NCBI RefSeq assembly: GCF_008831285.2
Contig: NC_045138.2
Location: forward strand, 18,662,001 to 18,726,000
Direction of reading: 5' to 3'
DNA: 64,000 bases
From: Nymphaea colorata
Taxonomy: Eukaryota
Part shown: positions 1-21,522 of the stretch, piece by piece
How positions within the stretch are numbered: position 1 is the first letter of the stretch
How the letters are laid out: each line of letters begins with the position of its first letter
The notes under the pieces: generated by a model
Databases searched by the model: none
The model's input: only the letters and a program-made list of their open reading frames with translations
What the model was told of the DNA's origin: nothing
Translations under genes and position numbers: made by a program

Positions 1-682
1 CAAAATAGAAATTCAAACACAGTGAAACATATAGCTTGAGGGAGAGAGATGCTTCAGTCTGCAGACTGCAGCCCCACCAAATTGTGGAGAAAGAAACCAT
101 GTTCTTTTTCCTTTCCCACAGTGCTGATGGCACATGATTCACACCATCTACCGTTCCTTTTTCTCCAAATAACGCTAACTGCTCTTAATATTTGAGACAG
201 AGGAAAATGACAAAACAACACCTTTGTTCTTAATAATATTTCAAAATGCTTCTCATATTCAACATTTTCTTGAAATAATTAAGGCATCTAAATTCACATG
301 CCTCCGGAGTGTGACTCTCTCAAACGCCACGACAAGAAGAAGAAGAGACAAAACAAAAAGGAAGAAAGTCGCATCATTGGCACAAAACGCAGAGAATTTC
401 ACTGTGCTCCGTCGCGAGTTGCGAGGAAAACGCAGATACGGATTAGTCGCGCATCGAAGCCACCACCGTAGGAAATGAAAGGGAAAAGAAATAAGCAGTG
501 ACGGAAAAGCAAACAATGAAAATGGGAACAGAAAAAAAGAAGCGAAGGGGAGAGGAAGAGGAAGAAAATGGAAAAGAAGAAGTAAAAGGAAGGAGACCAG
601 AAGAAGAAGTCGGAAGGAGACGCAGTCGTCGAAAGGAATAAGAAAAAGAAAAAGAACAACAGATAGAGATGTAGGAACTTAC

Positions 683-810
683 CGGTCGCCTTGAGCTGGA
701 GGCCTGCTTCAAGATAAGCGACAGGCGAGCTGCTGCGAAGTGGAGAAATGCTGCAAGTGTAAGAGAGGAGAAGCGGTCGAAGAAGAGAGCCGTTCACCGA
801 AGCCCTAACA
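683..810 (-). other. Probable 5' UTR exon of an unidentified gene that runs off the left edge, divergent from NIC2
   Basis: On the minus strand a GC-rich, pyrimidine-rich leader ends in a strong donor CCG|GTAAGT near 683 and is followed by a T/C-rich intron-like tract; no coding exon recognised in 1-680. Confidence 0.4.
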
Positions 811-998
811 GGCGGCAAAGTGTTTCCGGGAAATATTATATACGTTTCCGGAAATGACTGCGTAGACCGATACGGATTCATCATCACGTTTCCGATACGA
901 GTTGAAAATCGTTATTTAGGCGCGCTGTCTCTCTCCCGTTTTCTCTCGCTCCCTCGCGCTTTCTCGCTTTCTCTCGCTCTGCTTCAGAATTCCCATCA

Positions 999-1598
999 AT
1001 GGAGACCAAAGGTTCCTCCTCCCTATCGAGATTCGCGATGCGCAGGAGGGACCCCGACCCCAAATCGGCGGCTCTGCTCGTGATCGACATGCAGAACTAC
1101 TTCGCCGCCATGGCCGCCCCCATCATCCCTTCCATCCGGGCCGCCATCGACTGCTGCCGCTCGGCCGGCGTCCCCGTCATCTTCACGCGCCACCGCCACC
1201 GGTCCCCCGAGGACTACGGCATGCTGGGCGAGTGGTGGGGCGGGGACCTCATCTTCGACGGCACGCCGGAGTCGGAGCTCATGCCGGAGGTGGGCCGGCG
1301 GGACGGGGAGCCGGTGGTGCAGAAGCACACATACAGCGGGTTCCAGGGGACGGGGCTGGAGGCGATGCTGAGGGATATGGGGAGGTCGGAGGTGATTGTG
1401 ACGGGGGTGATGACCAACCTGTGCTGCGAGACGACGGCTAGGGACGCCTTCCTGAAGGGATTCAGGGTCTTCTTCTCCGCCGACGCCACCGCGACGTCGA
1501 GCCGCGAGATGCACGAGGCCACGCTCCTGAATCTGGGCTACGGCTTCGCCTACTTGGTCGACTGCCAGGTCCTGAAGAGGGCGCTCGCCAAGGTCTAG
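999..1598 (+). CDS. NIC2: Nicotinamidase 2-like (isochorismatase / cysteine hydrolase family), intronless, 199 aa
   Basis: Motifs [10 protein letters not shown] (catalytic Asp), VQKHTYS (Lys), [16 protein letters not shown] (Cys), [15 protein letters not shown]; strongly GC-biased codons. Confidence 0.92.
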   Translation: METKGSSSLSRFAMRRRDPDPKSAALLVIDMQNYFAAMAAPIIPSIRAAIDCCRSAGVPVIFTRHRHRSPEDYGMLGEWWGGDLIFDGTPESELMPEVGRRDGEPVVQKHTYSGFQGTGLEAMLRDMGRSEVIVTGVMTNLCCETTARDAFLKGFRVFFSADATATSSREMHEATLLNLGYGFAYLVDCQVLKRALAKV

Positions 1599-3098
1599 AA
1601 TTAGGTGTCTCTCTTGGTGGGTTGTTGTAAATTGGGAACTTCTGGCTTGTGCTTGGCCCCTGTGTGGGCATAGTGTTTTTCTTTGAATAATGAAAAATCC
1701 AGGGTTTTCCTTCTCTGGGATTTTCAAACAGAAATATTAGGATTATCGTTTCCTAGTTTGTTGTTGGTGCCATACATCTGGTACAGAACACTTAATTATG
1801 TTCGATGTTGATGAGTTATTGCTGCTCTCAAGAAAGTTCAGAAGATTCGAGCTTCCCTTCCAGTTTGGTGTATCCGCTCATGTTCTAAAGATTATTCTAT
1901 AAAACTGAGACTGTTGGTAAGCTCCCGAGAAGATAGAATCATTCCGGTGGGGTGATTCGGACTCCCTCGTTTAGCTCAAAAAAATGAGTTGCCTCCAGAC
2001 AGGAAAACTCTTCGTTGACCTCAAATTACGTTGTTCTAGTTTGTGAGAGAATGAACTTTTCTGACTCAAGCCAAATAAATCTTGCTGAATCTTTCCTGTC
2101 ATGTCTCAAAGTATATCACATCTTTATATAGAGGAGTTTGTTTGTGTGGGCAGAGTGTCTGTTTCATGATTTTGAGAACATCCTCTTTTCACTCTTTGGT
2201 TGCAAATAAATGAATGCAACTTGTGAAAAATGTAGAACATTAGTCTACCTGTCTTCATTTCTGCATTGATATCTGCCCATTTAGTGCAGAAGAAGTGGAA
2301 AGCATGGCACTTCAAAGAAGCTATGTCATCGAATCAGTAAAAAGAGTTGGCAGATTCAGATCGAATCAGTAAAAAAAGTTGGATTCGAAAAATGCGACTT
2401 AATGTTTTTGACACTTGTGCTTGGTTTTGAGAACGTGCTGTTGAGAGGAGTAAATTACATTTTTGAGACACTGCGTCCACCCTCATCAAACACGCCGCCC
2501 TAAGTTATATGCCTTCGAAAAATACCAAGTTCTTTAAGCCATTGTTATAAAAATTGGATTCTGAACCGAGTCGGAGAGGCTGCTGATTGGAGCCATTCAT
2601 GATTCAAATGAATCCTGTGTGAATCGGCAGAAAATATTTAAAAATTCAGTTAACAAAGTACATAAAAAGTTGTATGAATAATAATTAAGAATACAACAAT
2701 GCAAAGCATACTTAATAAACAACTAAATTTGACATTGTGGCACTTTTTACATCGCCATGGTACCTTCGACTCGTTTCTAATAGATTGATTTTGATAACTT
2801 AATACATAAAACTTGTACTAGTTTTTTTATTGGCCAGAGTGGGGGTAGAGTAGTTTGTCGGTCGGATTAGCAGGTTCGTGAAAGTCCGGTTGTCAGTATA
2901 ACTCCTATGAACACAACTCTTCTGAACTACAAATCAAACATTGGATGTGTGACATTTGTTCGATGGTTGTTCTACTCCCCACATAGGTCTCGAAGCAGTC
3001 TCTTCGGTCTCTTCAAAGTAATCTCTTTCTGCTATTTTCTTTTATTGGCACTCTAAGGTTAAGTGGGCCTTTTACCAGATATAGGGTTGTCAGCATGT

Positions 3099-3163
3099 CA
3101 AGTTTATTCCATACTGGCCCCAATTTGTAACCAAGTTTATTCCATACTGGCCCCAATTTGTAA
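3099..3163. repeat. Two adjacent copies of a ~33-bp unit (caagtttattccatactggccccaatttgtaac)
   Basis: Direct repeat read from the sequence. Confidence 0.85.
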
Positions 3164-4735
3164 CAACAACCAAATTCGTTAAAGAGGCATCAGGTCAAAT
3201 TCTTAATTGGATTTAGATCCGCCACACACTTTCATATCCCATTAAGTCTGAGATTTAATAAAATTTGACACCCCACTACATGTAAATATTGGATATTATG
3301 GTTGTAAGTTCTGAGTTCAAAGAATCGAGTTTGAGTCCAACGCCAAAACCAAAACCGATACCAAAACTAAGTTACTAAATATGGTTAAGCAAGATCTGAT
3401 TATGCAGGAATCGGCAAATCTGGACCTGAACTGAAAAACATTGACGAGGTACCTCCGGAATTAGAACTCTTTGACCGCTGACAGCCTAGACAATGTAAAT
3501 GGACCTAAAAAGATGGTAACCATTTCCGGCCAACGCTGAGCGTAGCGTGTCGCCGGAAAATCGTCCAACTTAAAAAAAAAAGAGGCAAAAGCACTATATT
3601 TAGTGATAAAAGGTAATATCGATTTTGAAAATTGCAGTTTTTTTTTTTGCTTCCTGCCTTTATTTTGATCGTTTTCATGTTAAAAAACACTTATCTACTA
3701 AAAAATATCACAAAATCCTTTTCCAAGGTAAGCAAAAAGTTAACCGGAGAATAAATTAAAGAAAGGCGATTATTACTCATGTTTGGAGTTGGGTTTCACA
3801 AAACAAACTATATGAATCCAAGTTTATGGATAAATCATAATAACAGAATGATTTCAAAATAAGGAGCAGAAGCTGCAAAGCCATAATTTGGCTTATAAAA
3901 TCTGATCTCCCCAATGAAGGGAGATCAGATTTATTGATATCGATGCTTTGGCTTGTTAAATTATTAAATTTATAAGAAATGAATGAAAATATGAATTTCA
4001 AAAATAGGATTATGAAGCAAAACTAGCAATTGCAATAGGCACGGCCATTTGCACAGTTAACCCTTGATTTGCTGCTGCCTGATTGCGAACGTAACCGTGA
4101 ATGTGGGGTGGACGGGCAACGGTCAAAACCCACCAAAGTTGGCGGGCCACAGATTTGGACGCCTACGACTACGAGTCTAACGGTCAAAACTGCACGAAGA
4201 AGCTCTCCCTCTCTTATTCGCGCGAAGTTGCGAACCGGCGGAAGTCGCGCTCGTCCGGGCTTTTGACGAAAGGCAGAAGCTTCTGTTTTCCCTATTTCGT
4301 AGTCCTGGACGAGACTTTCTCTGTCCTTTATTCCACCGTCGCTTTTGAACGTTGTTTCCGTCCGTGGTTGGTATTCTTTCCTGAATAATTTACTTTGTTT
4401 GGCGCTTCTTCTCCTGATTCTTCGTCTTTATATTGAATTGACTCGTGGGGAAGAGATCTTTTTGACATTTCTTCTGCTTCTGGAGATGATGGCATCCTTG
4501 GAATTGATTGGAGGGTGTGTTTCTCGGAGGTTTCGCTTCAGGGCTGCAGTTTTATAGCGATTACTTCTCGTGGGTATTTGCAAGATTTCATTCATCGGGT
4601 TCTTTCTTTTTGGGGTTGCCTCTTTGTTTGGTAATTTACGGTTCACAATATTTGTGTTCTTTTCTTTTGGTTTTTCCTGGGTGAACTTGGGGTGCAGCAT
4701 TTTTCATAAGTTCTCTGGATTGAGGGCCATCGAAT

Positions 4736-7523
4736 ATGGACGCTGCTGTTGAGGGTGAGAGAAAGACCCAACCGGAGAATGGTAAGGATGGAGAAGGAAA
4801 TGACAAGAAAATGAGCTTCGCCGCGAAAGACGGGGGCTCCAAGAGCTTCGGAAATAAGGAGGTCTTCTTCAGGGCCGATAAGATTGACCTGAAGAGCTTG
4901 GATTACCAATTGGAGAAGCATCTCAGCAGGGTCTGGTCTAGGACAAGTAAGGAGGCTCAGGGGCCCAAGGCTGAATGGGAGATCGATTTATCGAAGTTGG
5001 AGGTCAAGAATGCCATTGCACACGGCACCTTCGGCACAGTTTATCGGGGAGTTTACAACGAACAAGACGTTGCAGGTAGCATTGATCTGTCGAACTCAAT
5101 TATGACGAACCCCTGCTTTGAACAGAGAGATTGGCAGATTGCAGAAGTCGCCATTTTCTATCGATTAATTTGCTTCTTGAGGCAATGCGTTCTTTTGTCG
5201 AGCTATAAATAACTTCTCCGGCTTTACTGTATATTCCTGTTTAAATTTTCTTTTCTGTTAGCCAGAATTGCCGAAGGTCCAGGAATATACCTTTTCTAGT
5301 ATTTGCTGACATCTTATTTGCTCCTTTAACCTATGAAACCTTCATCATCACGTGGTAGTCGAGTTTGAATACTGATAATCTCATTTAGGCCATGAATATC
5401 ATAAGATGTGCCATGTTGCGCATATGTAATTGAATGCTGCGAATTTCCCAGTGGGTGATGGGCTGATGGCTTATTGGAAAGTCCAGGTGTTGTTTAGACA
5501 AATAGATTTATCTGGTTTCATATATTATTTTCTATAGAAACTTATGTCCATGCATGCTCCTCCCCTTCAAAACTTGGAGAGTGAAGAATCAGAGGAACAA
5601 TATACTATGAGAAATAAATTAAGAGCAGTGACGACAATGAAATGACTCTGTAGTCAAGTAAATCGTCACACTTTCCTTGAAATTATTCCAAAAGTTTTAG
5701 GAGAACTTCAGGATGGAATACTTGGTAGGCGGGGAGTTTTCAGTATTCAGAGATTGCGATTAGTTAACGTCCTTTGTAGATTCCCTCACGTTCAATTCCT
5801 GTTTAACAGTGAAGCTGTTGGACTGGGGAGAAGATGGTCTTGCCAATGAGCATGAAACTGCTTCTCTTCGTGCATCATTTCGACAGGAAGTTGCTGTTTG
5901 GCACAAGCTTGACCATCCAAATGTGACCAAGGTTGCTTTCTTTCCTCTAAAATGCATCAAATCTTCTTTGTTTTCTGACCAGATGGGTCATATCTACGGT
6001 GTTTCAAGCCTCAATTGCATGGAGTGCTTGATGGAGAAAAATCACGTGGTTTAAGTTAATTACTGATAACAATGGGTTGCATCTTGCATAAAGCAGTTTG
6101 TTGGAGCATCAATGGGAACTTCAGAGCTCAAGATTCCATCAAGAAGTTCTTCCATCAACGGTCATGAGGCAATACCAGCAAGAGCATGTTGCGTCGTTGT
6201 GGAATATCTGCCTGGCGGAACTTTAAAGCAATTTTTAATAAAAAATAGGCGCAGAAAACTTGCTTATAAGATTGTGATCCAGCTTGCTTTAGACCTCGCC
6301 AGAGGGTAGGTTGCTCCTCTTACAGCACATACTCTCAATACTTTTTTTTTTTAGATTATTAGCTGAATTGTTTCATCTGTAATTGCCTTCTCAGGCTCAG
6401 CTATCTCCACTCAAGAAAGATCGTACACCGTGATGTTAAAACAGAGAATATGCTCCTTGATACAACAAGGACTCTTAAAATTGCTGATTTTGGTGTGGCG
6501 CGTGTTGAAGCTCAAAATCCAAAGGACATGACTGGTGAAACTGGTACACTTGGTTACATGGCTCCAGAGGTATTGAAAGCTTGCAGCTTGAGACTGCCCC
6601 GTGATTTTCTGCTCAAGAATAGATTGTCAGCAATAGTTTTTTTTCTTCATAATACAGTTTTTTAACACTAAAACACCTATGATTCTCCCGGTTTATGTGA
6701 GGATCAGAGTATGACGAGCATGTTGGTAGCTAATTGCTATCACCTTATGAAGAGTATCTGTACTGACACTAATTTGTCTCAGTTCTAGTGTAATTCCTGG
6801 AGTCTCTGCTGATTAATTTGCCATGTGTAGAATACGCAGGAGATACTATTATGTTTATAGTTCAAACTTCAAGAAGATACCTAAAGAGTTAAAATTGATG
6901 CAGGTCTTAAATGGCCAGCCATACAACAGAAGGTGCGATGTCTACAGCTTTGGTATCTGTTTGTGGGAGATCTACTGCTGTGAGATGCCTTACCCATACC
7001 TTACCTTTGCAGAAGTATCCTCTGCTGTTGTGCGACAGGTTAGCATATAATTCTCATGCATCTTGTTATAGAACTTACGTGGAAACCGTTTGATTCAGAA
7101 ACTGACTGAAAAGCCACTTATTATCTTAATTGCATGATGAGAGAGAGAGAGATATATAATCTGTTTTGATGTATGTGGAGTACAGATTGGTGATGGATTC
7201 TGAAACATCATCTTCCTAAATGAGTTTTTTTCGCTATCATGGAATGTTTACATAAGCTCGTAGCCATATTCATAAACCTGTGGTGACTCCCAAATGTTTT
7301 CTGAAATTTTTTGCAGAATTTGAGACCGGAGATTCCTCGGTGCTGCCCAAATTCACTGGCCAACATAATGAAAAAATGTTGGGATGCGAATCCCGAGAAG
7401 CGGCCGGACATGGATGAGGTTGTCAGAATGCTCGAGTCACTTGACACTAGCAAAGGAGGAGGCATGATCCCTGACGACGAGGCCAACGGCTGCTTCTGCT
7501 TTGTGCCGCAACGGGGTCCATGA
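4736..7523 (+). CDS. Raf-like group C MAPKKK / STY kinase (ATN1/MRK1/CBC-type subgroup), about 395 aa
   Basis: Exons 4736-5075, 5810-5931, 6097-6305, 6395-6569, 6904-7038, 7317-7523, all GT-AG and in phase (1188 nt). Motifs RADKIDLKSLD, HGTFGTVYRG, VAVKLLDWGE, HRDVKTENML, DFGVAR, GTLGYMAPE, C-terminal GCFCF..RGP. Confidence 0.93.
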
Positions 7524-9768
7524 CGATTCTCACTCATCAGAGTTTCACTACGTAGTTCCATCATCTGTCACATGTAAAATCTGAATTGTTGGTTTCATCA
7601 AAATGCATGAATCTGTAAATCCCAGTACGTAAGAATTTGTGTGTGAGAATTGTGAAGAATTTGGCTCCCTGGAGGCAGGTTGGCAATAACTGATGGAACA
7701 TGAACTGATCAGACGTCCACCATTAAGTTCATTTTATTCAAAACCATGACCTTGAGAATTTGGCATGCCCATGATGTACGTTGTCAGCAGGTTGTTCAAA
7801 CAAAAAGTGCTTTTCTTCTGGATTTGTAGATTGATGCTTTTATTTAATCCATTTGTGAATGTGAAAAATTAATTTCTACCTCTCGGGAGCTGTAGTTTTT
7901 CAGATGTAGAGGTTTGCTTTGTTTCAATAGAAGAGAAGAGGAGACAGGTGACTCAAACTCTAGGCTTTAAGGTGCCGGACTTTGCTAAAATTTCATAGTT
8001 TTTTTTTTTCTTTTCTTAAAATTATATGGCGTTTGAAGAATCGGGCCTTTAAAATATATGAAGAAAACATGACATATATAATATAGTAAAATTCCAAAGC
8101 ATACACAAAAACCGGTGATGATAAAAGATTGCACCTAACCTTTGGTATTATATAAAAAAGCATCCAAGTTTTTCACCATTGGAAAAGAAAGCGTCGATTG
8201 TTACCAACTTGAGCTTCAATTAATAAGACAAAAGGGCCAAACTAACCTTCAGTTAGTCAATTATGATTTTTATTGGTTTTATTTTCTTTGTAAAATATAA
8301 TCAGTGATATTAATATGTTATTAATTATATCCAAATGAACTTATTGTTTCCATTGATATCTAAAACAATTATGTAATAACTTTCTTATTACTAATGTCAG
8401 GAAGTTAATTTTTCAAGCAAAAGCCAGCTGCTTTAATAAAGTTAAGCAAATTTTTCTTGTCACTTTTAGAGGGTAAATATATCTTGCTGATTTGATCATT
8501 AAATTTTCAAAAAGAAAAATCTTCAAATTTTTTTTGGTTATCCACATGAAATCTTAAGTGTGCTTTTTAATAATATGAAAAGGTTAAGTGTCGGTTTTGT
8601 TACTATTAATTCTTTAAGCATGCATGCACTTGAGATTTTTCTGCAATACCTTTTCATTGCAATGATCTTGTCTTCTTTTTTGCTTTCATTGTCTGAACTC
8701 TGAAGGAGTCCAAGGGAAACCTAAACTTGAACCTTTTTTATTAATCTTCACTTTATATATATATGGACTTTTAAAGAAAATTTTGAAAATCCAATATATC
8801 GTGTCACCATGTCCAGTATTTAATTTTTAAGTCCACAAATAACACTCATAATTAGACAAACAAGAAAGCAGTACTCTTAAAATATGTGTTCTAAAGCATC
8901 GTACCAAGAACAGGATGTTCTAATTTCTTTTTAACTTGATAACAGCTCTTTCACATAAAACAGAAAAAAAAAGGGCAAATTAGTAGATGTTAAAAAGCTT
9001 GAACCGTTTGGATGTAATAAGCATCTTCCTTATAAAACCCGGAAGACAATATTAGTAGATGTTAAAAAGCCCTCCTCTAAAGTCAAATAAGAAGATTAAG
9101 AAAAGAAATAGAGGGGGCTTGCGAAGAGTGTTATATATGACAAAACTTTTTTGTCATGGAGCAAACAACTGAGACGTTCGATTGTCCCTAACTTAAATTC
9201 TTAAAATTTGAAATCCATGGATTTAAGATTTAAATCAAACTTTTTTCAACGTAAAAAAAAAAAAAACTATTTCAAGTGGAGATATGTCTGACGTAAGATT
9301 CTTAATCTGATGAATCGTGGATTTCATTCAAGTGCTCTTCTGAAATCAAGAAAAGGGCAAAAAAAAAAAAAGACTCAAACGATGAGACAATTTTATTCCG
9401 TCCCGCTTCTGGCTTCCCAATCATTCAAAAGACAGTCTTTGACGTATTAGATCTGAACCCCGAATCAAAATATATATCATGATTTTAAGAACTGCACGGA
9501 AGTGCTACTAAGTAGTACAAAAAAACAAGGGTTTACCGACGGCCAGAAAACTTTGGGATTATTCAGGATTATCTCAGAAATTGTATCTTCTCGCATTATG
9601 ACACGTTGCATGAAGGCTGATCCAGACAATTCCTTCGTCCTTTTCTCCGTGCAGGCAATCTAAAGTTTGAAGCAGGTAAATTTTCGTTCTCCCTGATGTG
9701 CAAAATGCCTGATGAGCTCTTCCCACCTCACACAACAAATTCATGATCTCTATTGCTCTCTATCGCAT

Positions 9769-9808
9769 TTCTTCTTCTTCTTCTTCTTCTTCTTCTTCTT
9801 CTTCTTCT
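9769..9808. repeat. (TTC)n microsatellite
   Basis: About 13 consecutive TTC units. Confidence 0.9.
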
Positions 9809-12180
9809 CTATACGGTGTTGTAAGTTTTTCATGGTGATGAAGTTATAGTCTGTCCAGATTTTTTATGTTCTTCCCGAAGGAATTTTGTCTCAGTGGGCG
9901 GAAACAGGTCGCCTGAACGGCCGCGCATGCTTACTGCATGTTCCCTTCGAGTGGCCCTTCTGCAGAAGCCCAAAAACCAGGTTTTGAATGACAAAATGAC
10001 CATCTGAATCGTCCTGGCCTTACTCTGAAGTTTGGAATAATTCAGATCAGTCAAAATTTCCAGAAATTCTGTTCGTTCCCCTTTTCCCAGCTGTACATCG
10101 CCAGAAACTCTGATAAAGCAATAGCGGACACTAAAAAATTTTGACAAAATAATCCTGAACGGAAAGTTTCTGGCTTCAGACCTTTGCATCTATTATATGT
10201 AAAACCTGCTCAGCGTATATAACTCGATAATCTTCTTGTAAAGCATTCCATGGCCTTACCTTCGGCAGGAAAAGGATGAAAACTGGCTAATCTTTCCGCA
10301 AAAGCGACATCAGTCGGTTATATGGGATCATCAGATGTTCTTCGAGATTGCTTTTGGAAAAGCTTCTACCGGAACGACTGAATGCTTTGACAACTTCACG
10401 AGTCTTCGCAAGCAAGTTGATGGATTTTGTAAAGTAACAGGAAAATTATAAATTCGGCAAGTCTGATTCTTTTGTTAAATTACAATTCCTGCGAAGAATC
10501 TACCCAATACCCATTATACATTGATCATGGTAGGAACTCTTGGCTTCTCTTGGATGCCTTGATGGTACCTTTTGTTGCACATTTCATTACAAGTCAACAA
10601 GAACAATCCCCACTGTTAAGGAGATTGAAGTCAAAGCAACCACGGGTTGAAGTGGCAAAAAATCTTCCCTCTTAAAAAGACTGCCAAAGTACTTCTCAGA
10701 AAACGTTCGAAGTTTGAACGCAAAAATTCTGTATCCAATATGGGTACTTTCAATGAAAGCTTAGTTGTAGATCAAACTGCAGAAAATGGAAGTAGTTAAT
10801 TTGGTTTCTACCGTGTCACTTTTTGAAGAAAAAACTTTCACATAAACTCTTTTCTGCCTTTTTCCTTTCTTAAATACAAATCCTACCATTTGCCGATTTT
10901 CTACAGCGCAGCTTTCGTTATTTTTGACCGCCCTTCTGAATTCAAAAACTTTGGCGGCGGCTTTTTCTTGGGGTGGTAGGGCATGGTCTTCCCTGTCTAA
11001 TCTCGTTTTTATGACATTTTGGAATCTTCATCTACCTACGCTACGCCTTTATACAGCTAATCTCTCTCTCTCTCTCTCTCTGGCCGTGTTTGCAGGAAAA
11101 TAGTGTGCCCTTTTGTCTGTAAATGGCGTGAAGCGGGAGCCTCGCTCAGAGATGGCTGTTGTAAGACCACTTCTAATACAATCAGAGCCATCAGTAAGGC
11201 TCTGAAAAATTGAGTTTCCTATGTCACCTGTCATGGATAAGAGTCCGGAAGACGAACGTGACCTCTCTGAATGGCTGGTTGCTACTTACGCTTTACAGGC
11301 TACGCGATCAATCTTGGCGATTTTATTATGTTCCTTTCTGATGGTGGTGCCACAGAAAACTGAATGTTAGATAATTGTGTACTTTTCGCTCGCAAATGTT
11401 TCCAGTATATGCTGAAAAACATGTTACAATGAATGCCCATTTAGTTTTTTCGTTTACCTCCCTTGAACAAAACGCTGTAGAACATCAGTTTGTCGGATTC
11501 GGACCGCGTGGGACCTTACTAACTTCCATCTAATCAAATGTGTTCCAAACAGCACTGGGTGTAGATCCATATTTGAAGCTCATATCACAAAGACGCTAGC
11601 TACGAACAAAAGCAATACGAAGAATGTGTATTATGTCATACAATTGCGCAATATACTGCCGGATGTAGATGGGAGATGCACCCGTTTGAATCCCATTCCT
11701 GAAAAGAGGCCATCGACTCTGGATGATCATCACAAGGCACTGTATCAATGCGTCCAAGCTGTGAATAATTCATTGGTGTTCCACAAGGTACTGTTTCGAT
11801 ACATGCAAGCTGCGAAAAAATCAGAAAGCCAAGCCCATCACCTCTTTACAGGCAAGGATCTTCATCCAAGAAATGCAAGTAGATGATGCGATGAAAACCA
11901 AATGATATGAACCATAAACAGGAAAGCTCTCAAAAGCAGGAAACAAAGAATGTGAAGTACATGCGTGCTAATGCAGGCGCAAGGTGGGCCTTCAAACGAA
12001 GAGAAAATGTGCTAAAGACAGCAGGTCATCATCATTCTGGTGTCTTTCTGGCTTCCATGCACAAGCATAAAATCACACTAACACTTTTAAGGAGGATTCT
12101 TTTTTTTTTTTTAAAGATATTTGAACAAGTTTATGTAAACATGAGTTCACACCAAGGGGATAAGAGTACTTCATTTGTTT

Positions 12181-12560
12181 TCAAGAATCAAAACCAGAGT
12201 AGACGCCCTGGTCCCTCAGCAGCCTCTTCTCCTCTTCAACATAGCTCTTCCCCCTGCTGGCCTGACCAAGTTCTCTCTTCCTCTTTTCCTTTTGTGAGAA
12301 AGAAAGATTTTTCTTTTCCTTCCTCGTCTGCACATTCAACAGTTTTTCACCCTCAGCTACTGCGTCTCTTGTCCTTTCACGTTCTTCATATGTTTCTTCA
12401 GCATCCTTGCTGGTCGAACGATTCTTGCCATCAGACCAAGACCAGTCTTGTTCCTGGTTTGCAACTGTACTTGGAGGAGGAACATCCAAGACTGAAAAAC
12501 CACCCTTGTAGCCATGTTTGCTTAGGGCTTCATAACTTACGCCAGCAGCCTTTTTCTTTC
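12181..12560 (-). CDS. Terminal coding exon of a conserved uncharacterised plant protein (GYKGG...SFSQKEKRKR...EEEKRLLR...YSGFD); predicted to use the first exon 20159-20015 (174 aa)
   Basis: Acceptor TTATTCCAG|GA at 12561/12560 is in phase 1 and gives ...SSD-R-KKKAAGVSYEALSKHGYKGG; open to TGA at 12181. Family recognised from memory of unannotated plant proteins. Confidence 0.8.
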
Positions 12561-12709
12561 CTGGAATAACCACCATAGACTTAATCCAAGTCAAGGAGGC
12601 CTAAAAGGTTAAGATCTGCTAAACTACCAGTCTACCACTAAAATGTAGTCTTATTTACATGCCAAATACAAAATACATGCGGGAAAGTTAAGCTTGTCTA
12701 CAGCATCTT

Positions 12710-20159
<7,450 letters not shown>

Positions 20160-20751
20160 TTTTTACACAACCTAAAGAAGGGACAAGCACCTACCCAAGT
20201 TACCACCCAAAAAAAATAGCCCATGTCGTACTAATACTGTTATAATCAACTGAGTACTACCATCTCAAAGGAACCGCATTTTAACTGTTCATAGTTTCCT
20301 TAACAGAAGAGAGAGAAAAAAAGAGACCGAAAAGAAACAAGGACCCCCTTCCCTAAACATTTCTAACGAGAGCATGTAGCAAACGAACCAAGTAACTTCA
20401 AATAAAAAAGAGCAACACCATCCAACAAACCCAAAAAAGAAAAAGTTATTCGGAACTACAAGGCAAGGTAAATAACACCGAGCTATTTCTAAGAGAAGGG
20501 CTTTAGCACCTATATTTCTTGAAGAACGAAAGAGGAGGAAGGCGAAAGCCTAAATCGACAGAGAAATGAAAAATGATCATTACAAGAAGAAGAAACTTTC
20601 TCACCTCCAGGAAAATGGCCTCTCCCTCTCTCTCTCTCTCTCGCGTGCTAGGTTTACCTTGTGGGAAAGAGGAGCAGATGGGTTGGGTGACGTTACGCTT
20701 GTCCGGTTTCGGGTCGGATATATTCCGGTTCTTTCTGCCTCTGTGATGAAG

Positions 20752-21522
20752 AACGAGCCGAATAACTCGAACTCGGCTCGAACTCGAGTTCGAGTTCAAG
20801 CCAGTTTTTCTACTCAATGAGTCGATAACGAGTTGCTGGTTCAGCTCGTTTATTTATTGAGTTGTTTAACGAAGTTCGATTAACACAACTCGGCTCGTTA
20901 GCTCGAGTTCGTTGATGCGCCACTTTTTTTTTTTTTCTTTCTTTCATCGATACTGCGTCACTTTCTCATTTTTTTCTCTCTTTCTCATAAACTCCCACCG
21001 GCACCAGCCACCGATTCTTTATCCGCCACCAGCCACCGATTCTCTATCTTTCTTTCAAAGGCTAGTGAATAACACTAAGGTACTCTCTACACACTCCCTC
21101 TTTTTGCCTCTCTCTCCGATCTCACATTCTCGATTGGGCAAAGGTCTTACCAAGGGGGGTTTCTGGAACCCTCGATTAGGCAAAGGTTTTGCTCAAATGA
21201 GGGTTTCACTCACTCCCTAGCTTGGTGAGGGTTTAAGAAACCCTCACTTGAAACCCTTGTGTTGGGGAAGGTTCTTTACTTAGTGACTGAGGGCTTTCTC
21301 ATGGGTTTTGAGTGGGAAAGAAGCAGGTAACACAGGCGGTGGTTGTGCAAGGCAAAGCACAAAGCAGAGATGAGTTTGTCGAGCCTTTGAGTCGAGCTCG
21401 AGCTCAACAAATTCTGTCAAACCGAGCTGGAGCTCAACAAATTCTGTCAAGCCGAGCTCGATCTTGAAGTTTCATTAGCCGAGCCGAGCTCGAGTTGGGT
21501 GAACTCGGGCTCGACTCGGCTC
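20752..21522. mobile_element. Non-autonomous DNA transposon (MITE-like) with clustered AACTCG/GAGCTCG/GAGCCG subterminal repeats
   Basis: Motif clusters at 20752-20912 and 21375-21522 flank a unique core; 30-bp tandem duplication near 21400-21460; termini and TSD not resolved. Confidence 0.6.

Noticed and set aside
1023..1727. 234-aa and shorter antisense ORFs over NIC2
   Set aside because: Expected by-product of GC-rich codon usage; no recognisable motifs
9830..10675. 119-aa minus-strand ORF and nearby short frames
   Set aside because: No recognisable domain or consistent splice structure; BLASTx would be needed to exclude a relic
11907..12569. 220-aa plus-strand ORF
   Set aside because: Antisense to the conserved minus-strand exon; low-complexity Ser/Phe/His content with no family features
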